In this document: in pieces, positions 14,390 through 28,724 of the stretch
How the letters are laid out: each line of letters starts with the position of its first letter
Numbering within the stretch: the stretch's first letter is position 1
Source of the DNA: Amphiscolops sp. MND2022
Lineage: Eukaryota
Length of the DNA stretch: 64,000 bases
Assembly: GCA_964187785.1 (NCBI GenBank)
Contig: OZ076420.1
Coordinates: 5,952,001-6,016,000, forward strand
Direction of reading: 5' to 3'
Made by a program: the position numbers and the translations under genes
Notes under the pieces: model-generated
The model's input: the letters and a program-made list of their open reading frames with translations, nothing else
Databases searched by the model: none
What the model was told of the DNA's origin: nothing

Positions 14390-14505
14390 CCGAAAGAACA
14401 AACAGACGATCAAGAAGAAAAAGAAAAAGAACAACAACAACAAAAAGAAGAAGAAGAAGAACAACAACAACAACAACAATAACAAGAAGAAGAAGAAGAA
14501 GATAA
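14390..14505. repeat. (CAA)n/(GAA)n microsatellite
   Basis: Directly visible; it produces the poly-E/Q tail of ORF 13844-14482. Confidence 0.9.
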
Positions 14506-17500
14506 TCAAGAAAGAGTGTACAAACTAGAAAATGGTAGAAATAGAAGTCATTGAAAGTTTGAGTTTCAGAGTATGAAGTTTTGGAGTTTTTACTGTCAAC
14601 ATGATCTGTTATTTTCGGCCCACATATAATGGGGGAAGAAAATTATGATCTGTGTTGCGTTTTTTTCCAAATTCTGTCAAGTCTTCTCCGAGGTCCTCAT
14701 TCGAGTAAACAACATGACTGCTTTATATATCTAGTTGACTATTTTAGTTACTAGTAACTAAAATAGTCAAGTAACTAAAACAGCTTAGAGGGGGAATCAG
14801 ATCTAAAGGGAATAAGATACAAAATTTCAAGACGGGAATAATATCCAAAGGGAACAAGATCTAAAACCACTGAATTTAAATACTTATACTTTAAATCCTA
14901 TTCCCCTCTCCCAAAACAGCTATGGCTTAATTGGTGAGGGCTAAGAAGGCGGAAAGTAGACGCGGTGCTTAGCAGGCGTTTTGTTCAAACTAAAAGCTGT
15001 TCCAATAGACGTTAACTTCCCATTATAGAAATTTCACTTTTAATTTAACCAGTTTAGAGTTTTCCATTGAAAATCTTTGAGGTTGGGCCCGATGTTCAAT
15101 ATGTTCAGTCTGAAATATACCTCTTGAGTCAAATCTGCCGAAGTTCTTTTCACTGGCCATTTTTTCATGGTATCCACCATCAGGGCGATTTCTTCGTCGG
15201 AAACAGTGCCAAAAACTTTTGAGAGAGGTCCCATCTTGTGTTGTTTTCTTCGCTTTCAGCGCAATTTGGTCAATTGGCTAAAGAGTATCATCAAAATACC
15301 ATCATGATTGGTTTTCCACGAGATTCAGAAACATGGGCAATCATTCAATTTTCTTTCACACCTAGATTGTTAAACAATACTTTCCCATTGCAGAAATTTC
15401 AGGTTGAACTTTATGAAGCAATACTTGAGCCTGAATCAAGACTTTCATCATCGTATTGAAAAGAACCTATTCCTTTTTCCTGCACTTTTTTGGTTGCCAA
15501 AAATGATATCAGAACGTTTTATCACTTGAAGTTGTTCAGGCAAGTTAATGAAATTGTCTTTCTGATTTTGTTCAAATCACTTCCGGTTGAAAAAACAAAT
15601 TTTGCAAAACTACGTTCACGTGAATGAAAAAATGAAGCAGTAAAAGTTCCTCAGGATCATTCAATGTTGTTCAAAACAAAAACTGTCCAAACTATGATTC
15701 TGAAATTGTTCTTCATTTTTTGAGAGACATCGTTAAAGATAATCCCTTTTGTAGATTTTTTGTTTTCGAAAGCGTGTGGGGAAAAAGAGTCTATTGAAAT
15801 TATGGGATTGATTTATCCCGAAGTCATATAGCTCAACTCATTTCGCCTTTACTTTCTCCCCAATAATTTTATCAAGAACTTACAACTTTCGAAACTTTAC
15901 TTTGTTGAATTTTACTATTCAAAACTGCACTGTTTCAATGGAAGTAACTCGAGGGTTGATTTACTGGTTTCTCCGGTAGACGAAATAGGTAACAATAACT
16001 GGCTTAGTTAGTAATAAGTTAGTCAATAGTCACTGATAAGTTAAAGTAAGTCTTTACAAAGTACACAATAGGATTTCTTTGTTTGAAATAATGTGAACAA
16101 AAATGAGTCATGATTTTTCACTGAAGAATACGCTCTGAGAATTTAAAAAGTTAACTATCAAATACTGAAGACTCGGAACTTCACCGGAAGTGATTTGATA
16201 ACGTTTCTTCTAGCCTCGATAGTGATTTTGTCCTCGAGGGAGCTTTTTGGGTGCTGATATTCAATTTTGAAAAAAAATCACAATTGTAGAAGTGAAACAA
16301 AAAAACATTAAACACTTGTTTTTAGTCGGCGCTTCATGAAGTGAAACGCGACTATTATAGTGACTCTTGTTTCAATCCACGCGAACTGACCAAAATAGTT
16401 CTTAAAAGTTCCACGAATTTTTATGGTGTCAAGTTGAACCATTTGGCCTAGCGAACTGAACCAAAAAAGTTTTTTCAGATTTTCCGCGCAACATACAGTA
16501 CCGGGCGAGACTAAAAGGCCCCCATTTCAGTTTTTTTGGTGTTGTGAGACTTTTCAGAAAATTTTCAATCTCGTGTCCTTATTCAATTGTTCAATATTTT
16601 GCAACAGAGTGGATGTTAAAAAAAAACAAAAGGGTCCCGGCTCTTTTTCCTTTCCCCCACACTTTCAATGAGAAAATTCGACGTAAATGGCTATACCGTT
16701 TGATATTTCTTCAAATAAATCTTTTCATTTGTTTTGTTGTCTCCACATGAATTCACAGAACACACATTTTACGAATCAGAATGTAACCGGAAGTGAGCTG
16801 AACAAGTTTTTTAAAAAGTTTTTTCAATTTCAAAAAAGATTTTTTCTTCTGAAATTATGTGAAATGTTTCATTGGAAACTCAATTGAGAGCAATTTAATT
16901 GCTAAAGCACTTTCTGTCGCAGGCTGCCGCCTGTGACGGGATCAGATACACGAAGTCAGCAGACAACCAAGAAATAGTACAAGGAACACTCCCTATTTAA
17001 TAAACTGAAACTCTATTCATTTAGCATCAAAATGCATGTTTTAATATCTGGCAAGTTGATATATTTTTTTGTTGAAAGTTAGAATATTAGTCTGTTAACG
17101 TCGTTGATTGCTTTAAAAGTTTTAAAATTGACAAGGACGCGAAAGCAAAGAAGTTGACTGCAAAGCAATACGGAAACGAGATCGAGTGCGTATCTATAAT
17201 TTTGCGGCAACGTTGCCTTATAGTACATTTCTGACCAATCACAAGCCTTCATTATAGTGGTTCAGTTTAATTATTTGCCAGTTACGGCCGTTTGACTGAG
17301 TGCTAATAGTAAAGTTGTCTGTACTTGGACAATTGGCCGGTTCCGGCTAAATAGAGCGGCGCCTTCTTGAGTCGCTATTATTTGGTATGGAGGATGATTG
17401 ATGCGTCCTTTTGTAATACAATGCCCACTATAAGATGAAAGGACTTAATATTTTGTGTTTGTATAGTGTTTACTGTTGACTTGTTTTGATGCTAACAAAT

Positions 17501-18040
17501 ACCAGTCTCTGGACCTATTCCGGCTAAAATTCGCAGTGTACAAGCGTGCTCAATGGCCTTATTGGGCCTATAAGTACATAATCACACAGTGAATGTATTA
17601 CTTAAATAGCTTCACCTACGTGCCTTTCCAAGGTTCGGGTGCTAGCACGTGCCTCAGTGTGCAATCACATATTTTGAATACCTTCAACCCAACAATGATG
17701 ACATGAAATATTTATAATCCATAGCAACACAAGACGCAACCTCAAAAATGTCTTTGACTTATTTTACCGAATATGCTCTGTTCAAACCGATTTTTTATGT
17801 TCATTTGTTAATGCCTAAAGGCCATTCCAGGATTGTGAACCAGGAAGTGCTCATGACACTTTTCCTTAATTTTTTTGACACATTGATGACAAGGAATGTG
17901 ATTATCACCCCTGTGGGACTACATATAATTGCAACTCTCATAGGGAGAACACAATTGTTGTAAACTTTTGCAGTTCAAACCGGTCAAATACTACTTTTCC
18001 GATTAAAATATTTCAGCTATTTACAATCGGATATTCTTTA

Positions 18041-18685
18041 TGCCTATCACTAGAAAAAAACGAAAGCTAGAAAATCTAAAGAAACAGAGATGTTATCAGA
18101 TATTGAGAATCTAGATATTATGTTGGGAGGTAATCACCTAGAAGTTTTCGGAGCATTTTCTGCTTCGGAGTTCCGTTGTATCTCACTGGACCCTCGGTCC
18201 CCTATGGTGAAATTAGTTGCCCTTGAGCTATCTTGTAGCCCATTGGTCCCTTGGTCCACGAAGGTGTGATTTCCTCTCCTCTGTGCCTCAAGAGTAATTT
18301 GAATAGAGGGAAGTATCTTTTCAGTGATTGCATTGCTAATTGCATCTTGTATTTGGAAACCTAAACTTGTTTTAATCTCATTTCTTTTTCTTGACATTTG
18401 TTTTGAAATCTCCTCACTAATGCTCCTTGTAGTTTCAATAGTAATCTCGCTGTTTTTTCTACTGTTAGTGTTAAGGAGCGACCCAAAGTCTTCTCCTATT
18501 ACATTAGAAATCTGCTTCGGCCGGCTTGACCCTGAGTCCAAATTGATTTCATTTTCAACAGCTATGTTTTCTTCATCATCTCTAGAATAACTTCCTAGCA
18601 ATATGTCAACATTTTCTACGTCTGACATCATGTCCAGTTGTCTAGACCGCCGTTCGTTAACCTTTTGCTTTCTGGTTGAAGGCAT
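18041..18685. mobile_element. Two related retroelement-type ORF starts fused tail-to-tail
   Basis: Plus strand MPITRKK..EMLSDIENLDIMLGG (18041-18138) abuts minus strand MPSTRKQK..DMMSDVENVDILLGS (18685-18134). An LTR/promoter-like segment with TATAAATA lies upstream on the minus strand (about 18850). Confidence 0.5.
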
Positions 18686-20289
18686 TGAAGTACCAGTTAA
18701 TTCAACAAAAAATTGACTGAAAAGCAGGTATTCTAATTGGTTTTAACAAAACAAAAGTACGAAAGAGTCTCGTCAAAGTTTGTGATTGTGAACGTAATGG
18801 CAGGTATTTGAATATCAGTAGAGTGATCCCCGGGACCCGTAGTCCCTACTATTTATACTTCACACTGCATAACCAGCGTAATTTATCAGGTCATCGGTCT
18901 AATTTTAGACTCGGGGGCGACTAAAAATAGCTCTAAGACAATGACGTCATTATTGCATCATCTCATGTTCACCATGAATAGCATCAACCTTAACAAAGCT
19001 AAGGGGGGATAATTAGGGTTAAATTACTAGGCTAGCAAGCGTCAAATTTTGTTTACATGTGCATTGGGAAACTGTCACAGTTACATGATAGGCAAAATAA
19101 ACGGCTAAATGTATAAATAACACCACAGTGGACTTAGAGTCCGCATAGCTATAGCACAGTGACGTCAGAAGTATTATAAATTAAAAACACCATAGTGGAC
19201 TCACGGTCCAAACGGCGACAGCTAATATATCACTGCGATGTGATTGGGTATCTGAGTATTGGACTGCGTGTACAATTTGGCAAAGGAAACAAGTAATTGA
19301 ACTCGTTTACATTGCTACGTATAATTGCTTGTTCAAACGCATGATTTTTACAGCTCTAATTTACTTAATTTTCCACTGGTATAGTACATTGATCAACTAT
19401 TAATTTCAAGTAAAACAAACACTGAACATATGAAAATAAGATTCTAATTGACAGTCAATAGCCGCATAAGAATGAGTTTAGGCTTAAAAAGTTCATTGTA
19501 GACCGTCTATCATGTAATATTCCTCGAACAGGAAATCAGTTGATCTTCGTATGCGCCGTTTGAGTTCCTGGTTTCCTTCTGATGTTGAAAAGATGTTGAA
19601 CACCCCTGAGGACACCCCTGACAACAGTTTTGAAATTAAATGAATTGAAATGAAAAATATGAATTTCCTCGCAGAAAAAACTAACCTAATTTTCCTAAGC
19701 TCATTTGAACTAATGCTAACTGATCATGTCAGTAAGCAAAATTTTCGACCGTTACTTTAATGATTTGATCTACTTGCTCACTGATCATGCCAGTATGCAA
19801 ACGTCTTAATTAGAAACTTTATGATTTGAATTCTCGTGATTGAATTCAGATCACTCAGAATTCAATACTAATCATCATTGAATCAATACTAATGTTTTCC
19901 GACAATAACTGAAACATCTAGCAAGTGAAATTGATCCATTGCAAACTTCACAACAATGTTTATAAAACCATCTTTAATATTGGTAAACCAATAATTCACA
20001 AACCGCGTATAATAGTCAAGTTCATTACTGTGCTAAACTATTTGACTAATTTACACCACGTAATTAGTAAGACGGCGTAATTCAGTCAAAATGCGTAGTG
20101 GAAAATCGCATAAATTAGTCAAAGTGCGTAGTACTGCATAAGTGCGTAATGCAGTCATTTAGTGTAAATTTATGGACCGGAAAATAGTGTAAACCAGTCA
20201 ATTAGTGAGTTTTAGTCATTCAGTGTAACTAAATCTCACTTGGTGTAAATTGAGAAAAGTGTAAAACTGTATTTATAAAAATAAATCAC

Positions 20290-21600
20290 TATGATTGGTT
20301 ATTAATGCAAGTCGCAAGATCTGGGAACTTGCTTGCGGGGATATGTATCGAAAAGACGGACCGACCTTCGGTCTCCTATAGTAATATTAGCCACGTTCTC
20401 GTTATATGGTGAGTTGTAAATGTCCTTTTTGGTTGCTGGGTCCTTTTTGATCAGATTGGTAAAACTCCTGGGGGTGGATTTGGTGCATTACTTCCGGCGG
20501 GGATTTGATAGAGAATCCCGTCGCAGGCGGTAGCCTGCGACACTCCCCGTGGGACTAAAACCACGCTTCCAGCTCTCATGCCTGCTAAGAAAACATTCCT
20601 CCTCCGAATTCGCTGCGCAAAGTTTTCTTCCGGGATGTGGGTTTGTTCGAGATACCCAATGGTTATTTCTTCTTGTATAGTTGCAAACGATTTTCCGCAC
20701 ACGCGATTTTTCCGCGGATTGGACGCTCAAGAATCGATCCGTTGTAGATCTTCTGACCACTGGTCATTGCTGGTAATTCCTGATGGCCCCTGATATATTA
20801 ACGGGGGTGACATTGGGGAATAAGGTTTTGGCTCTAGTTGGCTGCAATTTGCTATGTGGTGTTCAGGATCACCTGCGGTATAAGTACGTGTAGGGGGGCT
20901 TCCAACGAACCAATCGACCAGACTGTCAGATGGGTCAAATGTTGAGCCGATTAATCCTGCCTGACCGTATGGGCATCGTGCCCTTTCTTCTCCGCAAGTG
21001 TCCAGATCAAAAGTCATTGCTCGCCCTCCGGCCAACTGTGGTGGGTAAACTGGAGCTTCTCTATTGCAGGCCATCACTGCAATATCGCTGTCCGCATCTT
21101 GCTCCTGCTCGATCACGGACACTGGAGCGGAATCAACGTCCATGATTTCTTCTGAGGACTCACAAAGCGCAGTGACCAGGAGGTCTGATGAACTCCTCAA
21201 CGTCAGATTGTAGAGACATCTCACGGCGAAATCGCGACAAATAAGTTTTTTTTGCAATGGTTGTAATGTTAACTTGATTTTAACTTCGAAATGAGTAGAA
21301 TGGTCCGCTCTCGTTGAGTAAACCTTGGGTCTTCCTCGGTGTCGCGGGAAATGGCTATGCGGAGAGTCATTGTCGCTAGTTTCCCCGAACTTTTCCTAAC
21401 TTTCCTTTTAAATAAGCCTATAATATTAGGTAAACTTCATGAATGGGTTGTAACACTCTTAAATAGGCACTTGAGGGGCTCTCAGTTTATTTGTTCAAGA
21501 GCTAGTGAGTAGATAATTACCGATGAAAGTGTTGACTAGTAATAATCGCTGATAAATAATAACACCATCAAAGACCGACGGTCCGCGCGGCACAACTCAG
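20290..21600 (-). mobile_element. Probable retroelement remnant with GC-richer ORFs (21257-20451)
   Basis: Overlapping 176/90/83-aa ORFs between related GACCGA(A/C)GGTC motifs at about 20360-20375 and about 21574. No catalytic motif recognised. Confidence 0.3.
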
Positions 21601-22619
21601 CACGTTAGCCAATGAGGTGGTAGAGATGAGTGAATGAATAAAGCCAGCAAGAAAATGAATAAAGGTGACTGAAATAAATAATTGATGCTCTAATAGATGA
21701 AATGGAACATTTAAATGGCGAAAGAAAGTCTGCTTTCATGAATGTTACTGGCAGGTTACAAACATGAAATATTAGAATTAGATAACAAAAGTAACAATTA
21801 ATATTGGGTATTTCCAATAAGGGCCACGACTCCCAGGCTAAGTAATCTTTCCCAAACATGTATTCATTTAAGGTTAGTCTATGATAAAAACTTAGAGTCC
21901 AGGGTAAATTCAGTTATATGACTTTTGTGAAAATTTTATATCGGTGTTTGTAGTACAGTTTGTCTTCTTCTTTTGCTGCAATAGTAGTGGTCCTATCTGG
22001 CAATCATTGTTCACCAATTAACCCTTTGACACTACTAAATTCCTTGCAACTATCTCTATTGAAGTACCCACAATCGCCATTCGGTCGAAACGGCCACATC
22101 ACAAGATACCCTCAATTAGTGGCCTAGTTGCCTTGACATTGTCGAATTTAGCACCCAATCCAGTTTTGACAGCGACAATACACAACTTCTGTCTTCCCAG
22201 ATGGAAATGACAACAGGTTGGTTCTTTCAATTTAAATTACAGCATAAACTTTCTTGATCAAGGTCTATCTTTGATTTGTGACGCGTCCTCCATCGTGAAA
22301 TGATTTCATACTGAATCATTGATTGTATCTTACTTCCGGAAGACTTTCAAACGTTGCAAAATGGATTCATATTCTGAAAGTGAACCGCGGAAATTTATTT
22401 TTTTCCATTTAGGTAAAGAAAACGTTGGCCAACCTCTACAAACGTCTTGTGATCCTGAATCGGCGACTAATCCCGAACAAGTGGCCAGAAATGACACGCC
22501 AAAAAATGAGCTAACCAGTCTTGGCACCAGCCCAACCACAGAAGTGGACCAAGAGGTCATGCAGCCACAACAATCACCAGGACCATCACAGAGAAATCTT
22601 TTTTTAGCTCATTGTAAAA

Positions 22620-25600
22620 CCTTCGAAAGTTTCTTCCCTAATAAATATTTCTTTTTACCGATTCCGATTATACCTGGTTAAAAAAGCCCTTTTGCCCTAA
22701 CAATTATTAAAGCTAACTCCTTCCTATGTTTATATTACGAACAATTCCAACATTTTTACCTCGACTTACATTCACGCTTAATTCAATGCTACAACCCTAA
22801 CTCCCGTATATTTGAAGAACTGTTCACCAAATCTCAACCATCTTTTAACCAAACTCGCATATGTTAACCATCCCAACTCTTTGTGTTACTCTATGTTTAC
22901 GCTGCTTTTCACAAAACACATTCACATGGTCTTTCCGGTGAAAAACTTTTTGTTAAAAACTTTAATCAAGTTTGTTACAACCAACACTTACCACTATGGT
23001 TTTCTATCTTTATACATGACTGTCTTTAAAGTCAAACAAGTAAACATTTCCCTATTAGACCCAACAAATTTCTCCTCCATTACCATTTTTTGAAGACGCT
23101 TCGTTTTTTAATTACAAAATTTCGATGGACACAAAATGACCTATTTCACCTACTCCTCAAAATATTCCTCATATTTTTGTAACCTTTGAAGCTTTAAGCA
23201 ATTTTGTTGTCTCAAATCCAAAACCAAAATTTTCTTCTAAACACGCTATCTAAACAATCCTCAATCACTGGGTTACTAAGTTTGCACACCTCATCAATTG
23301 GTAACAGATTTATTTACAGAATGCATTAATCAAATTATGACACATTTTTACTCTCTTTTCGACATTAATCATACCACCCCAAACACTCTCTGGCCAGACG
23401 GTTTAGTTGAAATTCAAAATCGTAATATCGGAACTCATATACGCCTAAGTCTCCGATAACCCTTCTACCAATTGGTCATTTCAAACTCAAATTGTTGCTT
23501 ATGCGCTTACCACTACTCCTCTTTCTCAACCTAATATTCCTTCACATCAAAATGTTTTCCGCGACATCCTCGTAATCCGCTAACCCATCCTCTCAACCAT
23601 TCATGCAATTCCTAGATAGATTTTGTTGCAACATATTGTGATTCACTTCCCCCTCATACACATTATAGTGATCAATATTCCAAATTTTTTTCCATTCTCT
23701 CATTAATGAACCTATCTCTTCATGACATTCTATAGCTGAACATGCAATGTACGAAATATTTTCTACTGCTCATCAATATTAACGAAAAACTAAAGTCACA
23801 CACTTCTACCTTTTGCATCTTTTCTATTTAAAACAATAAAGCAAAACAACTCCCTGTTAAAAACCGTAAAGTTTTCAATTAAACTCAAACCTTGGCCCTT
23901 ATGGCATGTAACCTATGAACTTATGGCAGACGATGGCTCTACCTTTCACACCCATCATAACCCTTTTCTACCAAACAAAAAGAGTCTCATCTTTCCATAC
24001 ATTCGTCAATACCATTCAACAACATCTCTTATTAACAACCTGACAATGACTCTTACCAAGATAATTTGTCTAAATCATCTGACCATGTAGGACCAAGATC
24101 TCTCCCCTGAACGTTTCAACTCAAACGCTTTAATAAACTGTTCCTCAAATTCAAGATCTTTCAACCTCAGCCCATAACTATCAATAACTGTTTGACCCTT
24201 ATCTTACAAACGACACTTGTAATCAATGTAAATCAAAGGTTCCAGTTTTGACTCACTTGACTCAGATTATGAAATGCTCCAAAAGCCATTATTGATCCCA
24301 CTTCCCCTGATAGTCCACCCAATCATCTAACAAAACTGCTTCAATTTTTAAATTTTGTTTCACACCTAATTACGATTTTACAACCTCTTCCTCAAATGAC
24401 AACTCAAATTGTATGACAACTCACCTTTCAAACAGATAATTAAAACTCCCCAAACTGACATCTCTATCGACAGATCACGACACCCATCTCAGGATCAACC
24501 TAATTTACTTCCTTCTCCAATAGACAGTTCTCCCAAAACTCATTATAATCTAAGGCGTCAACCACAAATGGAATATAGACTTTTTATCCACCTTCGAAGC
24601 TTTAAAAATATTCATTCTTTCTATTGGCTCAATGAAAAATAGTCGGCGAAAAAACAAAAAAAAATGTTGCAACTGAATCTAGTCTAAGTGAAAACAATAA
24701 AAGCACACACAGTAGTCCTGGATTCTTCTTCTGATACATCTCCTTATATTACAAGTCTACCCCTTAATACTGAATCTCAAATCACTACTACAACTCAAAC
24801 TCGCAATGTAACACCTGTAACTCCTTCCAAAAGAACAAGATTACAAATAACTGATACATCTTTTATATCATCTTCATCTTTTACAAGTAGACCACCAATA
24901 ACTGAAATTTTTATTACCCCTCGTTCTCAAACATCACCAATTATTACTCCTTCAGTTCATATACCAAACCCCAAATCTGTTGAACGCTACGTGAATAACA
25001 AACAACCATCTGCTATCAAAACTGTTCGACTTCAACCTCAACTCAATCTTGTACTTATTCCACTTATTCCTGATACTGAATATACACAACTACCTCCATT
25101 TTAATTACCATCAGACATCAGTACAAATTCTTCAAAACTATATCCTACACTAAAACCTCTTGGAAAATCTTCTGCAACACTATCCAACCTTTTAGATAAA
25201 ACTTCTGACTATATACCATCACAAGAATCCACAAGTTCACTTTTTGTACCAAATCATAGATATAACCTCCGAAACCTCCCTTCACGCCGACTTAGTAGGG
25301 ATACTTCAACACTTAAATTTTCTGCTCTCTCAAGTAATTCTGCATTACGACTTGCAAGACAGCACGCCCAACTTCTATCTTCTGATACACACTCTTCAGA
25401 ACTCGATCCTCAATCCTTTTTTACATGTGGTCTTGACACAGCTTCATTACTATCTTCGGATGCTCAAACTGCATTCCTTTCGAGAAATCTTTTCCGTGAA
25501 GTTATGATACCTACTCATGTACCTGCACATATTCGAATACCTGAATAATATACTGCAGATCATTTTAGACCTCCAACTCCTAATTTTGCAGACTACCCAA

Positions 25601-27323
25601 CTCGAATTGACGAAACTACTACATACGATCCAAAAAACGATCCCCGTTTCCAAATCTTACAGAACCCTTTATTACAAACAGCGATTTTTTATCTAAAAAA
25701 AGAAAAGAAACAGAACTTAAAAGACTTCAAACTCCTAATCTGGAAATAAAGTTTGAAGTTAGAGTCAAATTTCAAGGTTTCAACCCACATCCAGTATTTC
25801 ACGTTGCAAAAAAAGAACGCAAAACTACTCCTGCTCCTTTTGAAGTTGTAGATATTGATTTTGAAAGAGGTCCTAACCTTCCCTCTTTACCATGTGGCAA
25901 GATTGTAATTTACAACCCATACTCTGGTCTTAAAAACAAAACTTCCTTCTAAACTCTATACCTTCATCTATATAACTATTATATTACTCCATTCATTCAT
26001 CCTAACTACACATCAACTATACCTATAGCATCATCTAATACAGAAACCTACCTCCCATAAGATGATCCAAATATTACAAATCTTATAGTTTCTCACTATG
26101 ATTGTGAAAAACAACATAATTTGAGACAATTTGATTTAACAAATGTGAAACAAAGTACAGAAGCTCCTCCAAACATCCAACACGCTAGTGTTAAAACTCG
26201 ACTCTTTGATAGAGCAAAAGCTAAGCGCATTAAAGGGTACAAATGTGTCGCATATGCCAAAAAGGAAAGAAAGATTTGTTTCCAAGGCTCAGTCAAATAT
26301 CGACGTGTTGATCGAACTGTATGGAACCACAACACTATGCCACTTCCTGTTTTACTTGATCTTTTAGAATGTAAAATATTAATAGACATCTGAATGGTAC
26401 AAACCATAAAATATTAAACAAATTACTTTACAATAAAACTTCACACTTTTAGAAGACCATTACTTCCAAGAACGATTAGAACAATTTCAGACTCCCTTTA
26501 CAGTATATCAACTGAATAAAATGTACACAGGCACTTTTACGTTTTTGCCTGCCGATAAAGATGGGTTATATGACCCAACTAGAAACCCTTATTACAGCTG
26601 TCTTGTTTATCACCAATTCGAAGTCAATCTAGTCAGTTGGCGACTAGAAATTTCTGAAATAGAACTTACATAAGATGATACAGAAAACAGTAAGATAGTA
26701 GATAGATATACTCTACCCTGCTACTTTGCAGATGGTTTTTGCAAACCAACCACTAAAACTCCTTTCACTCACGTTTGGTTTAGCGATGATTTTTATTTAA
26801 TTTTTACAATACAAAACTTTATTGGACGAATGACAAAAAAATCAAGATCGATACTGGATTGAAACATTCTCTTTTGTACATTCTTCACACTCAACAAAAC
26901 CTGAGGCCACATCTGGCAAAATAGGTAGAGCACACCTTTATGTACATGCTCCACATACACAAAACCCAAATAATCCTAGTCTCTCACGTTTTGAAGTATT
27001 TCCAAATGCTCAAACTTTCTGTGGTAAACTTGACCCTCTTCCTTCTAAACAATACTCTGATCTTTTTTAACATACACCGATGGTTTCAACATGCATACAG
27101 GACAACCAAATCCTCAAGCAAAGATTAAAGAATATATTTCTGGTAAAATTGTATTAGACCATTCTAATAACACGTTTATCTTTCCTGCAATAAATGTTTC
27201 AAACAACTTAGCTACAATAGATTACGATGGTCTTATAAACACAAAAATTGATAACATTATAAACCATGTTTTCCGCTCAATGACAGTACAAGAACTAAAC
27301 ACTCTTCATACTGTTTGTGAATT
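22620..27323 (+). mobile_element. Decayed env-bearing Gypsy-like element, part left of the giant insertion (integrase remnant, env N-terminus)
   Basis: Integrase core remnants at about 23230-23450 (HWVTKF..GLVEIQNRNIG). env remnants include ORF 26121-26393 and ..VFRSMTVQELNTLHTVCE. Confidence 0.7.
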
Positions 27324-27346
27324 CATTACAGTGCATCTGCAAGCTT
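27324..27346 (+). repeat. Left TIR
   Basis: CATTACAGTGCATCTGCAAGCTT, preceded by TT at 27322-27323. Confidence 0.97.
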
Positions 27347-27700
27347 TTTCGGAGCGTTTTGCGGAAATCAGGACACGAAATCTCGGAAACCGAGACACGT
27401 GCACTGAATTCATTCCCCTTTGATGTCGACTGCCTTAGCTTCCTTTGATGTTGAAAGCTTACTTTCCGCATTTTTGTGTCTTGGCAAGTTAATGGGGCCA
27501 ATTAATTGCCACTTATGCCAGGCCTCAATATGGCCAATTATGTAGAAAGCAAATAGTGCAACGTGTCTCAGATTCCAGAGTTTTATTCAGTAGAGTAATT
27601 CGTACACCTACATTTCGGAACAATTATAATGTGTTTCCGCATTTTATCTCTAGCAATCAGATGAAAATTGCTAGATAAGATAATGTTCGGAAACAAACTT
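27347..27700. repeat. Left subterminal (G/T)CGGAA repeats
   Basis: TTTTGCGGAAATC..TCGGAAACCGAG near 27357-27397; TTCCGC or TCGGAA again at about 27464, 27615, 27636 and 27687. Confidence 0.55.
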
Positions 27701-28241
27701 CTGTTAAATGAAGCTTCATGTTTTGACCCACAATTGGAACCAAAAAATCTCCAAGTTTCAAACCAATTATTTCATTAAAATTTTCATTTTTTTCAATTAC
27801 AGTTGGTAGAAAAATAAGCTTTTTTATTAAGATGGTCTTTTCCATTAAATCCCCCGCAAACCCTTCCCCCGCAGTATGCGCGGAAATTTTATATCCCCAA
27901 CACTATCAGCGATGAAGTAGAGCTATAAAATACAGTAGTGGGGGGAATTAACAGAAAAGATCCGTAAGCGTTTTTTCTAATTCTTTTCTAAAAAATAAGA
28001 CTGTAGATTTCGGTATCTAAAGTTCGGTTGGAAACAAAGGTGTCAATTCTTTATTCAATAGAGGATATAATGCTCAGGAAGATCTTAAAATTGAGCGTTG
28101 GTTGCAAAAGAACAATAATTGAATAATCAAATTACCAAACAGTATCAAACAACGGCTAGATTTCTGCACTTTTTCAAGGCTATTTGGAACACTTTCAATG
28201 GTAAAAATAGAAAAAAAATCAGTCTCTCATTTCTAAATAGT

Positions 28242-28313
28242 TGCCGTTAGCGGGATCTGAACCCACGATCTCACGATCGGAAAGCTAGCGCGCATCCTAT
28301 TTGGCCAACGGTC
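28242..28313 (-). ncRNA. tRNA-like Pol III cassette (SINE head or small RNA), not a canonical tRNA
   Basis: A box TGGCCAAATAGG, B box GGTTCAGATCC in a 5-bp T-stem, CCGTT/AACGG acceptor-like stem, T8 run about 20 nt downstream. No proper anticodon stem. Confidence 0.5.
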
Positions 28314-28724
28314 TTCTTTTTTGAACGATATCTATTTGCTAATAAACTAAATGCTTTCGCTGCGTCAAATAGAGCAGTATATTCGCTCGATTATGCGCTT
28401 TAATGCGCATTCTCAACAATACGGGCTCGTTATGCGATTTTATGAAGTCCCTTATGCTGCCTTGAATAATTATCACGTTGATATAATACTATTTTTGACA
28501 GGACACGACAAACGATTACGTAACTACGCGATTTACGTTATTCTGAAAGTACTCTATTCCGAAGTTCAACTCTACAAAGTAATTGAATTATGACGATTCG
28601 ACCCACAATTGGAACCAAAATCTCTTCACTTGCATTCTATGTGTCATTTTGATGACGGCACAGTGGTTCATGATCAAGTTCATCAAACAAAAGTTTATAT
28701 ATGTGTTCTATGCAACGGCATAAC

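Larger units (their letters stand above)
9784..14601 (+). mobile_element. Decayed BEL/Pao retrotransposon (gag-PR-RT-RNaseH, no integrase) bounded by inverted termini and a 5-bp TSD
   Basis: Ends TGTT..AACA. TGATC is duplicated at 9779-9783 and 14602-14606. About 100 bp at each end are reverse complements of each other. Confidence 0.8.

Noticed and set aside
9779-14610. Pack-MULE with a 9-bp TSD (TGATCTGTT)
   Set aside because: The left TGTT pairs with the right-end AACA as part of the inverted terminus, so the 5-bp TSD with TGTT..AACA ends fits better.
19120-19230. CACAGTG heptamers in a small two-copy repeat
   Set aside because: No nonamer or element boundaries found; likely unrelated repeat debris.
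27327-27333. TACAGTG in the TIR resembling the RSS heptamer CACAGTG
   Set aside because: It is offset 3 nt from the terminus, has a mismatch at the critical first base, and has no nonamer at 12 or 23 bp.
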